A stretch of 64,000 nucleotides of DNA from Candidatus Bathyarchaeota archaeon (GTDB lineage: Archaea; Thermoproteota; Bathyarchaeia; 40CM-2-53-6): positions 1,248,001-1,312,000 of the forward strand of contig CAVSBL010000002.1 in assembly GCA_963726255.1 (NCBI GenBank), given 5' to 3'. The translations under genes and the position numbers were made by a program. Under the pieces are notes generated by a model that saw only the letters and a list, made by a program, of their open reading frames with translations, was not told where the DNA came from and ran no database searches. How positions within the stretch are numbered: position 1 is the first letter of the stretch; each line of letters opens with the position of its first letter. Below are positions 1 to 8,086 of the stretch, in pieces.

Positions 1-1
1 A

Positions 2-121
2 CTTGGACCGGTGCTTTTGCAGGAAATTGGGGCGGGTACCGCAAGCATACTTGTCGGTTACTTGCTCTTCAGAGGGTTTGAAATCCTCGCGATACGAAGA
101 GGAACGTTAGAAGAATACTAA
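2..121 (+). CDS. 3' end of a membrane protein, probably an ABC-2 type permease (partial)
   Basis: Frame 2 reads LGPVLLQEIGAGTASILVGYLLFRGFEILAIRRGTLEEY*, a TM helix plus an RRGTL tail typical of ABC-2 permeases. Confidence 0.55.
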   Translation, partial: LGPVLLQEIGAGTASILVGYLLFRGFEILAIRRGTLEEY

Positions 122-188
122 AAGAATCAATTCCGTTGCTTCCGACATGCTATTCTAGAAGTAGGCTACTGAGTCTAGCGGCCGGTTT

Positions 189-359
189 GCCGGGGTAGCC
201 AAGAGACCAGCTTCTGGTCGGGCAACCTGGTATGGCGTCGGCTTGCTAAACCCGCAAAACGAGTGCCGTAAGCCGATGACTCTCTGAGTCTCGTGGGTTC
301 AAATCCAGCTGTGGGGTGTTTCGGACACACCCCCGGTGGTGAAAATCCCACCCCCGGCG
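189..359 (+). tRNA. tRNA-Ser(GCT) with three introns (~204-225 D-loop, ~249-270 canonical 37/38, 304-345 T-loop 59/60)
   Basis: Acceptor GCCGGGG/CCCCGGC, anticodon arm TCGGC-TTGCTAA-GCCGA, long variable arm, GGTTCAAATCC. The T-loop intron forms a clean bulge-helix-bulge (TTCA/TGAA). Confidence 0.9.
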
Positions 360-397
360 CCTCACAAACCTAGTAGACTCTGTTCCACTGGAGAGAA

Positions 398-425
398 GTG
401 TGTGTGGATCTGTTTGCGCGCGCAC
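398..425 (+). repeat. Degenerate copy of tRNA-associated repeat X
   Basis: GTGTGTGTGGATCTGTTTGCGCG resembles the copies at 1179, 2219 and 50039(-). Confidence 0.4.
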
Positions 426-586
426 CCAGAAGCTGTCCCTCCTCCTAGTCATTTTCTTGGACATCAAAGGAACCGAAATTTGATTGATGAAGAGCGAATT
501 TGCGATAAGACATAAACTTAACTAGTATGCTGGAGATGGCGCGTCGCAACTCGCCTTGTCAGTACAGATCAGGAGGTGGAATAATT

Positions 587-892
587 ATGGCAAAATACAT
601 GATCGAGTTCAATCCCCCCGTAGATGCGAAGAATAGTTTCGAGAAAAGTCCGGATTTGCAGAAAAAGATGGGAGAGGCTATAGAGCGAATGAAGCCTCTC
701 GCTGCTTGGTTCACCTTGAGGTACGGTTTCTTCGTGGTGGAAGCAAACTCAAACGACGAACTCACCAGGAAAGTGGCGCCGTTCTTCTACCTGTTCAAGA
801 CAGACGTGAAAATATCACCGGCCTTAGGTCTAGATGAGTTCCCCAAGGTTGTGGCTGCCCTCGGTGAAGAAGCAAAGAAGTACGGATACTAG
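587..892 (+). CDS. Small hypothetical protein (GYD/DUF3303-like alpha/beta barrel)
   Basis: SD AGGAGGTG at 571-578 before ATG 587; pattern AAWFT..RYGFFVVEA...VKISPA. Confidence 0.7.
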   Translation: MAKYMIEFNPPVDAKNSFEKSPDLQKKMGEAIERMKPLAAWFTLRYGFFVVEANSNDELTRKVAPFFYLFKTDVKISPALGLDEFPKVVAALGEEAKKYGY

Positions 893-1056
893 AGAAGGTC
901 CGCCTACAATTTCCGTGCGAGGTTGGACTTGTCCCCTTTATTTTCATTAGACCGTTCTTCCGTGCTGTGACACACCTTGCATTCTTCGAAGTACGCGAGC
1001 GGAGCAAAATGAACTCGACCCGCCAACCCAAGAGTTTAGTAAGTCACGCATTATGC

Positions 1057-1168
1057 ATGAACGATAGCGGATTGTCCGACGCGAAAGACTTGAGCAATGA
1101 TAATCATCCGGTGTTCGCCGAGTCACGCACAAAAAGCACGGGGGGTTCAAATCCCACCCCCGGCGCCA
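1057..1168 (+). mobile_element. int(N)-like fragment plus att copy of the tRNA-Ser 3' end (relic 1)
   Basis: An ATG-initiated 28-codon frame runs into GGGTTCAAATCCCACCCCCGGCGCCA, the intron-less tRNA-Ser 3' end; homologous to 2311-2420. Confidence 0.7.
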
Positions 1169-1178
1169 TTTATTTTCG

Positions 1179-1216
1179 CGTGTGTATCTAGTGGTGCGAA
1201 CAAGCGAATTTGAACC
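1179..1216 (+). repeat. tRNA-associated repeat X (contains an inverted degenerate tRNA T-arm/acceptor/CCA)
   Basis: GTGTGTATCTAGTGGTGCGAACAAGCGAATTTGAACC; reverse complement is GGTTCAAAT-5nt-7nt-A-CCA. Confidence 0.65.
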
Positions 1217-1288
1217 GTCGCGGTTTGTCGTCAAGATTCTGCGTGGGTATAGCTGGTGCGCACACACAAAGGAAACGCGTTTAGTTCG

Positions 1289-2020
1289 TTATTCGAGCAA
1301 TCGGAGTGTAGCTTTCATTCTACTGTCGAAAAGAATGTGCCTCCATCTCGTGTCAGAGCTCTGCCCTTTCATTGACCTTGCCCTGATTGTGTTGATGACC
1401 TCCCCGTGGTGTTCCTTCAGCTTGAGCTCGAACACTCCATCTGACACCAGCTTCATTTCCTGATAGAATTGTGGCGTATGTATATCAACTGCCAGACCAA
1501 GGATCATGACAGCTCCCTGAGCCCTCCATACTCCCACGACCTTTCTAGAGAACTTCGCAAACACCTTATCCTGATCACCCCCCAAGCTCGAAAATGATTC
1601 TACAAAAACCAACGTTCCTGGCGGCCATTGGGGTGCCGACTGACCTATGGTAATGGACCGTTCGTTCAGGTTTGAGGCCGTGTATTGATATTTCTCAGAT
1701 GACTTCACACCCATTAGCCCGGAATAAACATCAAAGAGAACGGCATTATCTCTCGCCTCGTATTCCGCTATGTTCACTCCAAGATCGTTTAATTCCTTCC
1801 TGATTTCGACCGTGGGCCTAGATGAGTGCAAGTAGAGCAGATCCCCACCAGTCTTCAAATGTTCCGCTGCAATGTTGATCATCAATGAGCTATACTGGCT
1901 ATCAGGATCGTACAAAGCAAGTATCACTCTTCCGTAAGGAATGCTGCCAAAAATCTCGGAAAGAATAGGTAGATCGAGCTTTCTTACTTCAACAGACTCT
2001 GATCCCGAAAGCTGTGGCAA
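1289..2020 (-). CDS. KaiC/RAD55/GvpD-like RecA-superfamily protein with a degenerate Walker A
   Basis: GSIPYGRVIL, LVFVESFSSL, SDGVFELK, IRARSMKG; P-loop replaced by YDPDSQYSS; TTG start at 2020 inferred. Confidence 0.75.
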   Translation of the reverse strand: MPQLSGSESVEVRKLDLPILSEIFGSIPYGRVILALYDPDSQYSSLMINIAAEHLKTGGDLLYLHSSRPTVEIRKELNDLGVNIAEYEARDNAVLFDVYSGLMGVKSSEKYQYTASNLNERSITIGQSAPQWPPGTLVFVESFSSLGGDQDKVFAKFSRKVVGVWRAQGAVMILGLAVDIHTPQFYQEMKLVSDGVFELKLKEHHGEVINTIRARSMKGQSSDTRWRHILFDSRMKATLRLLE

Positions 2021-2025
2021 GCATA

Positions 2026-2175
2026 TCAGCGCGATCGCTTCGATCTTAGAATTCGGTAGGGCTGTTCGCGCTGGTCTGTAGCATGGTAATCGTCGGGGTA
2101 GTCCGTCCACCAAGCACGAACCGATTCGGGAGGTTTCTGAATCATCAATTCGAGGTTAGGAACTTCAGAATCCAT
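2026..2175 (-). pseudogene. Truncated gene fragment (SRPBCC-like N-terminus)
   Basis: MDSEVPNLELMIQKPPESVRAWWTDYPDDY... ends after 49 aa. Confidence 0.35.
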
Positions 2176-2212
2176 GCAGTCGCATTGGTTCGTATGGCTT
2201 TTGAGTCTTCCC

Positions 2213-2260
2213 TTTTTTGTGTGTGTGGGTCTAGTGGTGCGGGCAACGGAATTTGAACTC
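2213..2260 (+). repeat. tRNA-associated repeat X (best-preserved copy)
   Basis: TTTTTTGTGTGTGTGGGTCTAGTGGTGCGGGCAACGGAATTTGAACTC. Confidence 0.65.
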
Positions 2261-2310
2261 GCCGTAATTGGATGTCGACCTAAGAGTTCAGTGTAAGACA
2301 AGCATTATTC

Positions 2311-2420
2311 ATGAACGATAGTAGTTTGTCAGACTCCAAAGGCTCAGCGAACGACAAACTTCCGGTGTTCATCCAGCCAAGCACAGGAACTGCGGGGGGT
2401 TCAAATCCCACCCCCGGCGC
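2311..2420 (+). mobile_element. int(N)-like fragment plus att copy of the tRNA-Ser 3' end (relic 2)
   Basis: MNDSSLSDSKGSANDKLPVFIQPSTGTAGGSNPTPGA aligns without gaps to relic 1 and ends in GGGTTCAAATCCCACCCCCGGCGC. Confidence 0.7.
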
Positions 2421-2525
2421 TTTCAGCTACGCTCAGTCTATTGAAACACGCAGCTCATTTCTTGCGCAACGTGTTTTCTGGAACCAGCAACCTCGAATGA
2501 TAAGCTAAAGCGCCCGCGTGAGATC

Positions 2526-2921
2526 CTAGGGAGACCCTAGCTTATTGGCGCGCGCCAGCAGGTCCCTCAAGGCCTTTCGTCCGAACATTTGGGAGTGCAT
2601 GCATAGGATTCCAAGCAGTTTCTCCTCCATTTCCTTTTGGCACCCCTTCATCCCTTTCGACACCTTTTTCTCTGCTTCCATCCCACGACGTGTAAGCTCG
2701 TAGTATATCCTGCCAGTTTTCTCGTCTTTTTTCGAGCGTATGACCCCTCTGCGTTCCATTCTTCGCAGGAAAGGGTAGATTGTACCGTAGCTAACCTTGA
2801 TGTGGCCTCCGGTCATTTTCCGAAAACGTGCTGCGAGTTGATACCCATAGGCAGGCCCCTCTCTCATGGCCATGTAAAACATCACTTCGTATGGTCGAGG
2901 CTCTGCTTCTTTCGCCATCAA
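2526..2921 (-). CDS. PadR-family transcriptional regulator
   Basis: GPAYGYQL...SYGTIYPFLRRME..G.I...RIYYELT..G. Confidence 0.9.
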   Translation of the reverse strand: MMAKEAEPRPYEVMFYMAMREGPAYGYQLAARFRKMTGGHIKVSYGTIYPFLRRMERRGVIRSKKDEKTGRIYYELTRRGMEAEKKVSKGMKGCQKEMEEKLLGILCMHSQMFGRKALRDLLARANKLGSP

Positions 2922-2937
2922 TCATCCCCGCCCCATG

Positions 2938-2998
2938 TATCAGCTCGATATATTAAAATACTTGCGGTGCCTATCGGAGCGATATTATCTAATCGATA
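2938..2998. promoter_or_regulatory. Three TATC-N5-GATA palindromes (putative PadR operators) in a divergent promoter
   Basis: TATCagctcGATA 2938-2950, TATCggagcGATA 2972-2984, TATCtaatcGATA 2986-2998; AT-rich TATA-like tract 2951-2960. Confidence 0.6.
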
Positions 2999-3025
2999 TA
3001 TCGAAATGAGACTGGGCGCTGGAGT

Positions 3026-3823
3026 ATGCCGGAACCTTCATCTAGGTACGCGATTGAAACTCACGGTCTTACAAAGAACTTTAACAGCTTCACAGCAGTC
3101 GACCACATCGACCTCACTGTTCACAGGGGAGAAATCTACGGATTCCTCGGACCAAACGGCGCAGGGAAGAGCACAACAATACGAATGCTCTGTACTTTAC
3201 TTGCACCGACATCCGGAAGCGCAAGCGTTGACGGATACGACATTGGCAAGCAGGGGAATGAAGTTCGGAAGAGGATTGGGCTGGTTTCTGAGAAGATGAT
3301 CATGTATCCGCGACTGACGGCTTTTGAAAATTTGATGTTCTTTGGCAGACTATACGGAATTGACCGAGGAGCGTTGCGGAAGAAGTCAGAGGAACTGCTG
3401 GAAATGGTCAAGCTAACTCCATTCAAAGACAAGCTTGTGGGTGGTTTCTCAAGCGGGATGAGACAGCGTATAAACGTAATCCGTGCAGTCCTACACGACC
3501 CTGACATCCTTTTCCTCGACGAGCCAACAACTGGACTGGATCCGCAGAGCACACGCTTCGTGAGAGATTTGGTCAAGGAATTGAAACAGCGAGGTCACAC
3601 GATCGTCCTGACGACGCATATAATGGAAGAGGCTGACGAACTCTCCGACCGTGTCTGCATCATCGACAACGGCAAGATCATGGCTGTGGATCCTCCTCAA
3701 GCATTGAAGGAGAAATACAACACTAACAGCCTGCTCGACGTCTTCCTTGAACTCACCGGCCGCGAACTCCGTGACTCTGCAAACGGACGCATCTCAATGC
3801 GAGCACCAATGGGCCGAATGTAG
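3026..3823 (+). CDS. ABC transporter ATP-binding protein (DrrA-like)
   Basis: GPNGAGKS, FSSGMRQR, LFLDEPT, H-loop. Confidence 0.95.
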   Translation: MPEPSSRYAIETHGLTKNFNSFTAVDHIDLTVHRGEIYGFLGPNGAGKSTTIRMLCTLLAPTSGSASVDGYDIGKQGNEVRKRIGLVSEKMIMYPRLTAFENLMFFGRLYGIDRGALRKKSEELLEMVKLTPFKDKLVGGFSSGMRQRINVIRAVLHDPDILFLDEPTTGLDPQSTRFVRDLVKELKQRGHTIVLTTHIMEEADELSDRVCIIDNGKIMAVDPPQALKEKYNTNSLLDVFLELTGRELRDSANGRISMRAPMGRM

Positions 3824-3824
3824 A

Positions 3825-5032
3825 ATGGCTAAAACAGCGACGTGGGATTTGACGCTCGACATTGCACGCCGCGACCTCCTAGACCTCTGGCGGTCCAAAA
3901 TGCTGCTATTCTTCTTCCTCCTGTTCCCCATCCTGTTGATGAGCATGTTCGGCTACATCTATCCGCCAGTCCCGAAATCTAATGCGAACACAGGCATCAT
4001 CGGCACCGCATTCCCCAATCTCCCAGTCTCATTGGTGCAGATGGATGATGGTAAGACAGCGAACCTGATTGCTGCCCAATTCATCCAAATCTCCCAGCAG
4101 CAAGGACTCTTCACTGTCTCCCAGTCCGCCAGCTACCAATCCGCCCGAAGCCAGCTGGTAGAGGGAAAACTCAAGGGAATCATAATCATTCCACAAGGCT
4201 TCAGCGATGCTCTAACCGCTGAACAGCCCGCCACCGTCCAGGTTACTGTCGACGAAACGAACCCAACTACCGCCTCTGTCGTTCAATCCGAAATCTCAGC
4301 CGTCTTTAACATCATCGGTTCAAGCATGTCCGCGCAAAACATTAACAATATGGATGGTGGCAGAGTCAACCCTGCCTTCATCATGCAGCCCATCTCCGTC
4401 ACTAACATACCGCTAATCACCGGCGTCTCTTCCTCGTTCCAATTCTTGGCTCCAGGCTTCATGGCACTAACCGTAATCACTGGCTCCCTCCAAGGAGTCG
4501 CAACTGCAATATCACGCAAAAAGAACAAGGGACAATGGACGGCCTCCTCGTTGCACCCATCTCCCATCAATCAATAATACTCGGCAAGGTGGCAGCGCAA
4601 ACAGTACGGGGGTTGATCCAGGGACTTCTAATCCTCGGACTATCTATGGTACTCTTCGGCGTCCGGATATACGGCAGCCCATTTATCATGCTAATCGTCA
4701 TGGTGCTCGGCACAGCGAGTTTCGTTGGCGTAGGCATAATAATGACTGCAGTAGCTCCCGACCAAGAAACTGCCCAAATGATGACGATAATTCTCCAGTT
4801 CCCAATGATGTTCATCAGCGGTATCCTATTCCCTATCGACCAACTCCCGGGGTGGATGCAATACATTGGAAAAAGCATGCCACTTTACTACGCGGCAGAT
4901 GCTCTGCGCAAAGTGATTATTCTCAATGCAAGCCTAAGCGCCATCATGCCCGACGTACTGATACTCATCGCCTACACGTTCCTAACAATGACTCTGGCTG
5001 TCCCGTTATTTGAAAGAGCCATGAGGCGCTAG
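3825..5032 (+). CDS. ABC-2 type permease, frameshifted at ~4518 (possible sequencing error)
   Basis: ORFs 3825-4577 and 4535-5032 join into the canonical SREKEQGTMDGLLVAP if one base is restored at CGCAAAAAG. Confidence 0.8.
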
Positions 5033-5166
5033 CAATCTGCCACGCATTGCCTGAGAAAGGCTGTATCATTTGTGGTTACCGAGACCACCGGTTGATAGGC
5101 TGCGCAACTCATAGGGCGAAAGAATGCAGTTGCTTCAAGAAAGCCGAAAGTAATTGATTCGTTATT

Positions 5167-5847
5167 CTACGCTTTCTTCTTCGACAAGGTAACGGCCATT
5201 ACGCGAGCTTGGTCGCATGCATCTTCGCAGCGGTCCGCAGTATTCTCAATCGCCTCCACGAATTGGCTAAGCAGGATAATCGAACCCACATGCACCCGGT
5301 CTGTTTCTATATCATTGAGGATACCGCGCGCCTTTTGGTGTAGACCGTCCACTTTCTCCTCCAACCGTTCAACTTCGTCTGCTGCTTTCAAGGACGCGTC
5401 GAGACTACCGTCGATAAGTTTCTGCACGGTGTCTGCAACGTGTATTGTGGCTTGAGTCGTAGTTGAACACATTTCCACTAGAACATCTTGAATCTGTTTG
5501 GGCATTTTGGAGAGGTCGAACATGACGAGAATGCGGCTTGCTTCATGCGAACAGTCGGTTATCCAGTCAAGCTGCCTGCCAAGACGCATCAAGCCACTAC
5601 GATCATCGGAAGGCAATTCTCCACGGGCAAGTTCCTCTATGATCCGCCTTCTCATGATATCCGCCTCATGCTCCTTCTGCTCGAGCAACTCGAAGCTCTT
5701 CTGCAACTCTTCCTTCCTACCGCTGATAGCGTTCTGGATGCATTTTCCTAGTAGCTCAACAGTGAGGGTCGTCATCTTTGAGTGTTCAAGCACTAGGCCC
5801 ATTGCCTTCACAGTCCGACGCGCCACCAACCAACTTTCTATCGACAT
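5167..5847 (-). CDS. DUF47/PhoU-like phosphate transport regulator
   Basis: EHEADIMRRRI, LEEKVD, IENTADRCEDACD. Confidence 0.85.
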   Translation of the reverse strand: MSIESWLVARRTVKAMGLVLEHSKMTTLTVELLGKCIQNAISGRKEELQKSFELLEQKEHEADIMRRRIIEELARGELPSDDRSGLMRLGRQLDWITDCSHEASRILVMFDLSKMPKQIQDVLVEMCSTTTQATIHVADTVQKLIDGSLDASLKAADEVERLEEKVDGLHQKARGILNDIETDRVHVGSIILLSQFVEAIENTADRCEDACDQARVMAVTLSKKKA

Positions 5848-5877
5848 CTCATACCGCCTCAATCATGATACCGTTAA

Positions 5878-6975
5878 CTACTCCAGGCTGACCTCTTTCT
5901 CCAACCCCTCTTCGGGGTAGTCGAATAAGAGCATATGCGCATTATCTTCGAGAAGCAAGCTGACGCTCTCACCGACCCTGAAACCAGTACTGTATTCGGC
6001 AGTGGACTCCTCGGCAACAATTTCAATTCCCCCTTCAACCTCGACGACGTAACGGTTTAGGCTGCCCAAGAAAGTGACTTGCTTTACCCGCCCCTGCCAT
6101 TCCATCCTAGTAGGAGTTGTCAATGGTACAAATTCAGGGCGAATCGATACGACGACCTTCTGGTCAACTTTCTTCCCAAACCCGGCAACCTTGAGTTTGT
6201 GCCCCTTTACGTCAACCGTGCATTGCGAGCTATGATTTTCCAACACTTTTCCCTCTAGGAGGTTGGTTTCCCCAACGAAATTCTCTGTGAACAGGTTCTT
6301 CGGCGAAAGATAGATTTCAGATGGCTTTCCAACCTCGACAATTCGGCCGCTTTTCATTATAACTATACGATCTGCAATGGACAGTGCTTCCTCTTGATCG
6401 TGCGTCACGTGAATCACCGTCAAACCAAGGTCTGACGCTAGTTTCCTCAGCTCATATCGCAATTCCGTTCTCACTATCGCGTCCAAAGCTCCTAGCGGTT
6501 CGTCTAAGAGGAAAAGATGGGATCCGGTTGCAATGGCTCGACCCACTGCCACTTTCTGTTGTGCGCCGCCGCTTAGCTCCCTTGGATAGGATTTCGATCG
6601 GTCTCGCATGTTGATGAGGTCTAGCATTTCGTTTGTAACCGTCGTAATTTCGCTTGATTGTGCATGCCTAACAGCAAGGCCATAGGATAAGTTGTCCCGG
6701 ACTGACATGTGTGGGAAGAGAGCAATATCCTGGAACACATAGCCGATCCGTCTGTCTTCAATTGGGGTTTCTTCAATGGATTTGCCGTCGATGAGAATTT
6801 GGCCGCTGTCGGGTGTGTGGATGCCTGCAATGCACCGAATCAATGTACTCTTACCGCAACCGCTTGGGCCGAGTATGCACACATACTCCTTGTCTTCAAC
6901 GTGAAGTGAGATGTCGGATAGCGCTTGAATGTCCGCGTAGGTTTTTGATACGCCCATTAAATCCAGTTTTGGCAT
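5878..6975 (-). CDS. ABC transporter ATP-binding protein (PotA/FbpC/CysA type with TOBE domain)
   Basis: GPSGCGKS, LSGGAQQ, LLDEPL, HVTHDQEEA. Confidence 0.93.
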   Translation of the reverse strand: MPKLDLMGVSKTYADIQALSDISLHVEDKEYVCILGPSGCGKSTLIRCIAGIHTPDSGQILIDGKSIEETPIEDRRIGYVFQDIALFPHMSVRDNLSYGLAVRHAQSSEITTVTNEMLDLINMRDRSKSYPRELSGGAQQKVAVGRAIATGSHLFLLDEPLGALDAIVRTELRYELRKLASDLGLTVIHVTHDQEEALSIADRIVIMKSGRIVEVGKPSEIYLSPKNLFTENFVGETNLLEGKVLENHSSQCTVDVKGHKLKVAGFGKKVDQKVVVSIRPEFVPLTTPTRMEWQGRVKQVTFLGSLNRYVVEVEGGIEIVAEESTAEYSTGFRVGESVSLLLEDNAHMLLFDYPEEGLEKEVSLE

Positions 6976-6976
6976 C

Positions 6977-8083
6977 TTACGCTATCTCCAACTCCTTCGC
7001 CAAACCCTGCGGTGGGTATTCAAAGACCATAACATCCCCTTCGAGGAAACCCGCTAACACTTCGTCCCCTACCTTGAACGCCCCTCCCTCGCGTTCAGCA
7101 AACAGGCGCGAGGTGAGGATATCTCCGTTCGGAATGCGAATCAAGTACTCATTGGAATTTCCGAGGAATCTAACACCGCGTATCTCCCCTTTGAAGACGT
7201 TTTCCATTTCAAGACGATCGCGAGCGATTCGAACACGCTCTTTTCTCAAAGCCAGGATGACCGGTGCTGTCAGTGTGAGGTTTTTTGAAGGCGCTTGAAC
7301 TGTGAGGCCACCTCTTACACTGATTAACGCGGTCTCTCCAACGGTAGTGTCCACTATGCCTTCCAGGAGGCTTGCCCCTCCAATCATGTTTGCAACGAAG
7401 ACGCTGGCAGGCCTCCTGTAGACTCTGCGCGGTAGGCCGTAGTCTTGGATTCTTCCATTTCTCAAAACCAATATTTCGTCAGCGACGCTCATGGCCTCAT
7501 CTTGATCATGGGTCACGTGTATGGCTGTAGAACCTGACTGTTGCACGAGGTCCCGAATCTTGTGGCGAAGATCTAATCTCAGCCGCGCATCCAAAGCACC
7601 AAGCGGCTCGTCAAGAAGCAGTAAGCCCGCCCCTGACGCTAAACCTCTTGCCAATGCAACTCGTTGCTGCATCCCACCGCTGAGCTCGTTCGGCAAGGCT
7701 TGGGCTCGCGAGGACAGCCTCACCAGATCTAATACCTTGGAAGCAATATCTAGAGCAACGGAAGCAGGTTTGCCTCTTGCTAAGGGGCCGAAAGCCACGT
7801 TCTGCAGGACCGTAAGATGTGGGAAGAGTGCGTACTGTTGTGGAACATAGACTGCGTTTCGGTCTTGCGCGCCTACGTTGTTGACGAGTTTTCCATCAAA
7901 GTATATCGTGCCGGCGTCAGGCTTTAGAAGACCCGCCATGAGCTTGAGCAGTGTTGTTTTCCCGCTTCCCGTCGGCCCAAGGACGCACAAGTATTCCCCG
8001 TCCCTAACCTCAAAGGAAACCCGATCCAGAGCCTCAACTCTGCCGAACTTCTTCGTGACGTTAACAAAACTCACTTCGGGCAT
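6977..8083 (-). CDS. ABC transporter ATP-binding protein (second paralog)
   Basis: GPTGSGKT, LSGGMQQR, LLLDEPL. Confidence 0.93.
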   Translation of the reverse strand: MPEVSFVNVTKKFGRVEALDRVSFEVRDGEYLCVLGPTGSGKTTLLKLMAGLLKPDAGTIYFDGKLVNNVGAQDRNAVYVPQQYALFPHLTVLQNVAFGPLARGKPASVALDIASKVLDLVRLSSRAQALPNELSGGMQQRVALARGLASGAGLLLLDEPLGALDARLRLDLRHKIRDLVQQSGSTAIHVTHDQDEAMSVADEILVLRNGRIQDYGLPRRVYRRPASVFVANMIGGASLLEGIVDTTVGETALISVRGGLTVQAPSKNLTLTAPVILALRKERVRIARDRLEMENVFKGEIRGVRFLGNSNEYLIRIPNGDILTSRLFAEREGGAFKVGDEVLAGFLEGDVMVFEYPPQGLAKELEIA

Positions 8084-8086
8084 GCT

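Noticed and set aside
1141-1168. Additional tRNA genes or split-tRNA halves at 1141 and 2395
   Set aside because: Only part of the T-arm and the acceptor 3' strand are present, with no complementary leader for trans-splicing; they fit att relics.
398-2420. Repeats as a CRISPR array
   Set aside because: Copies are degenerate, irregularly spaced, separated by whole genes, and no cas genes are present.
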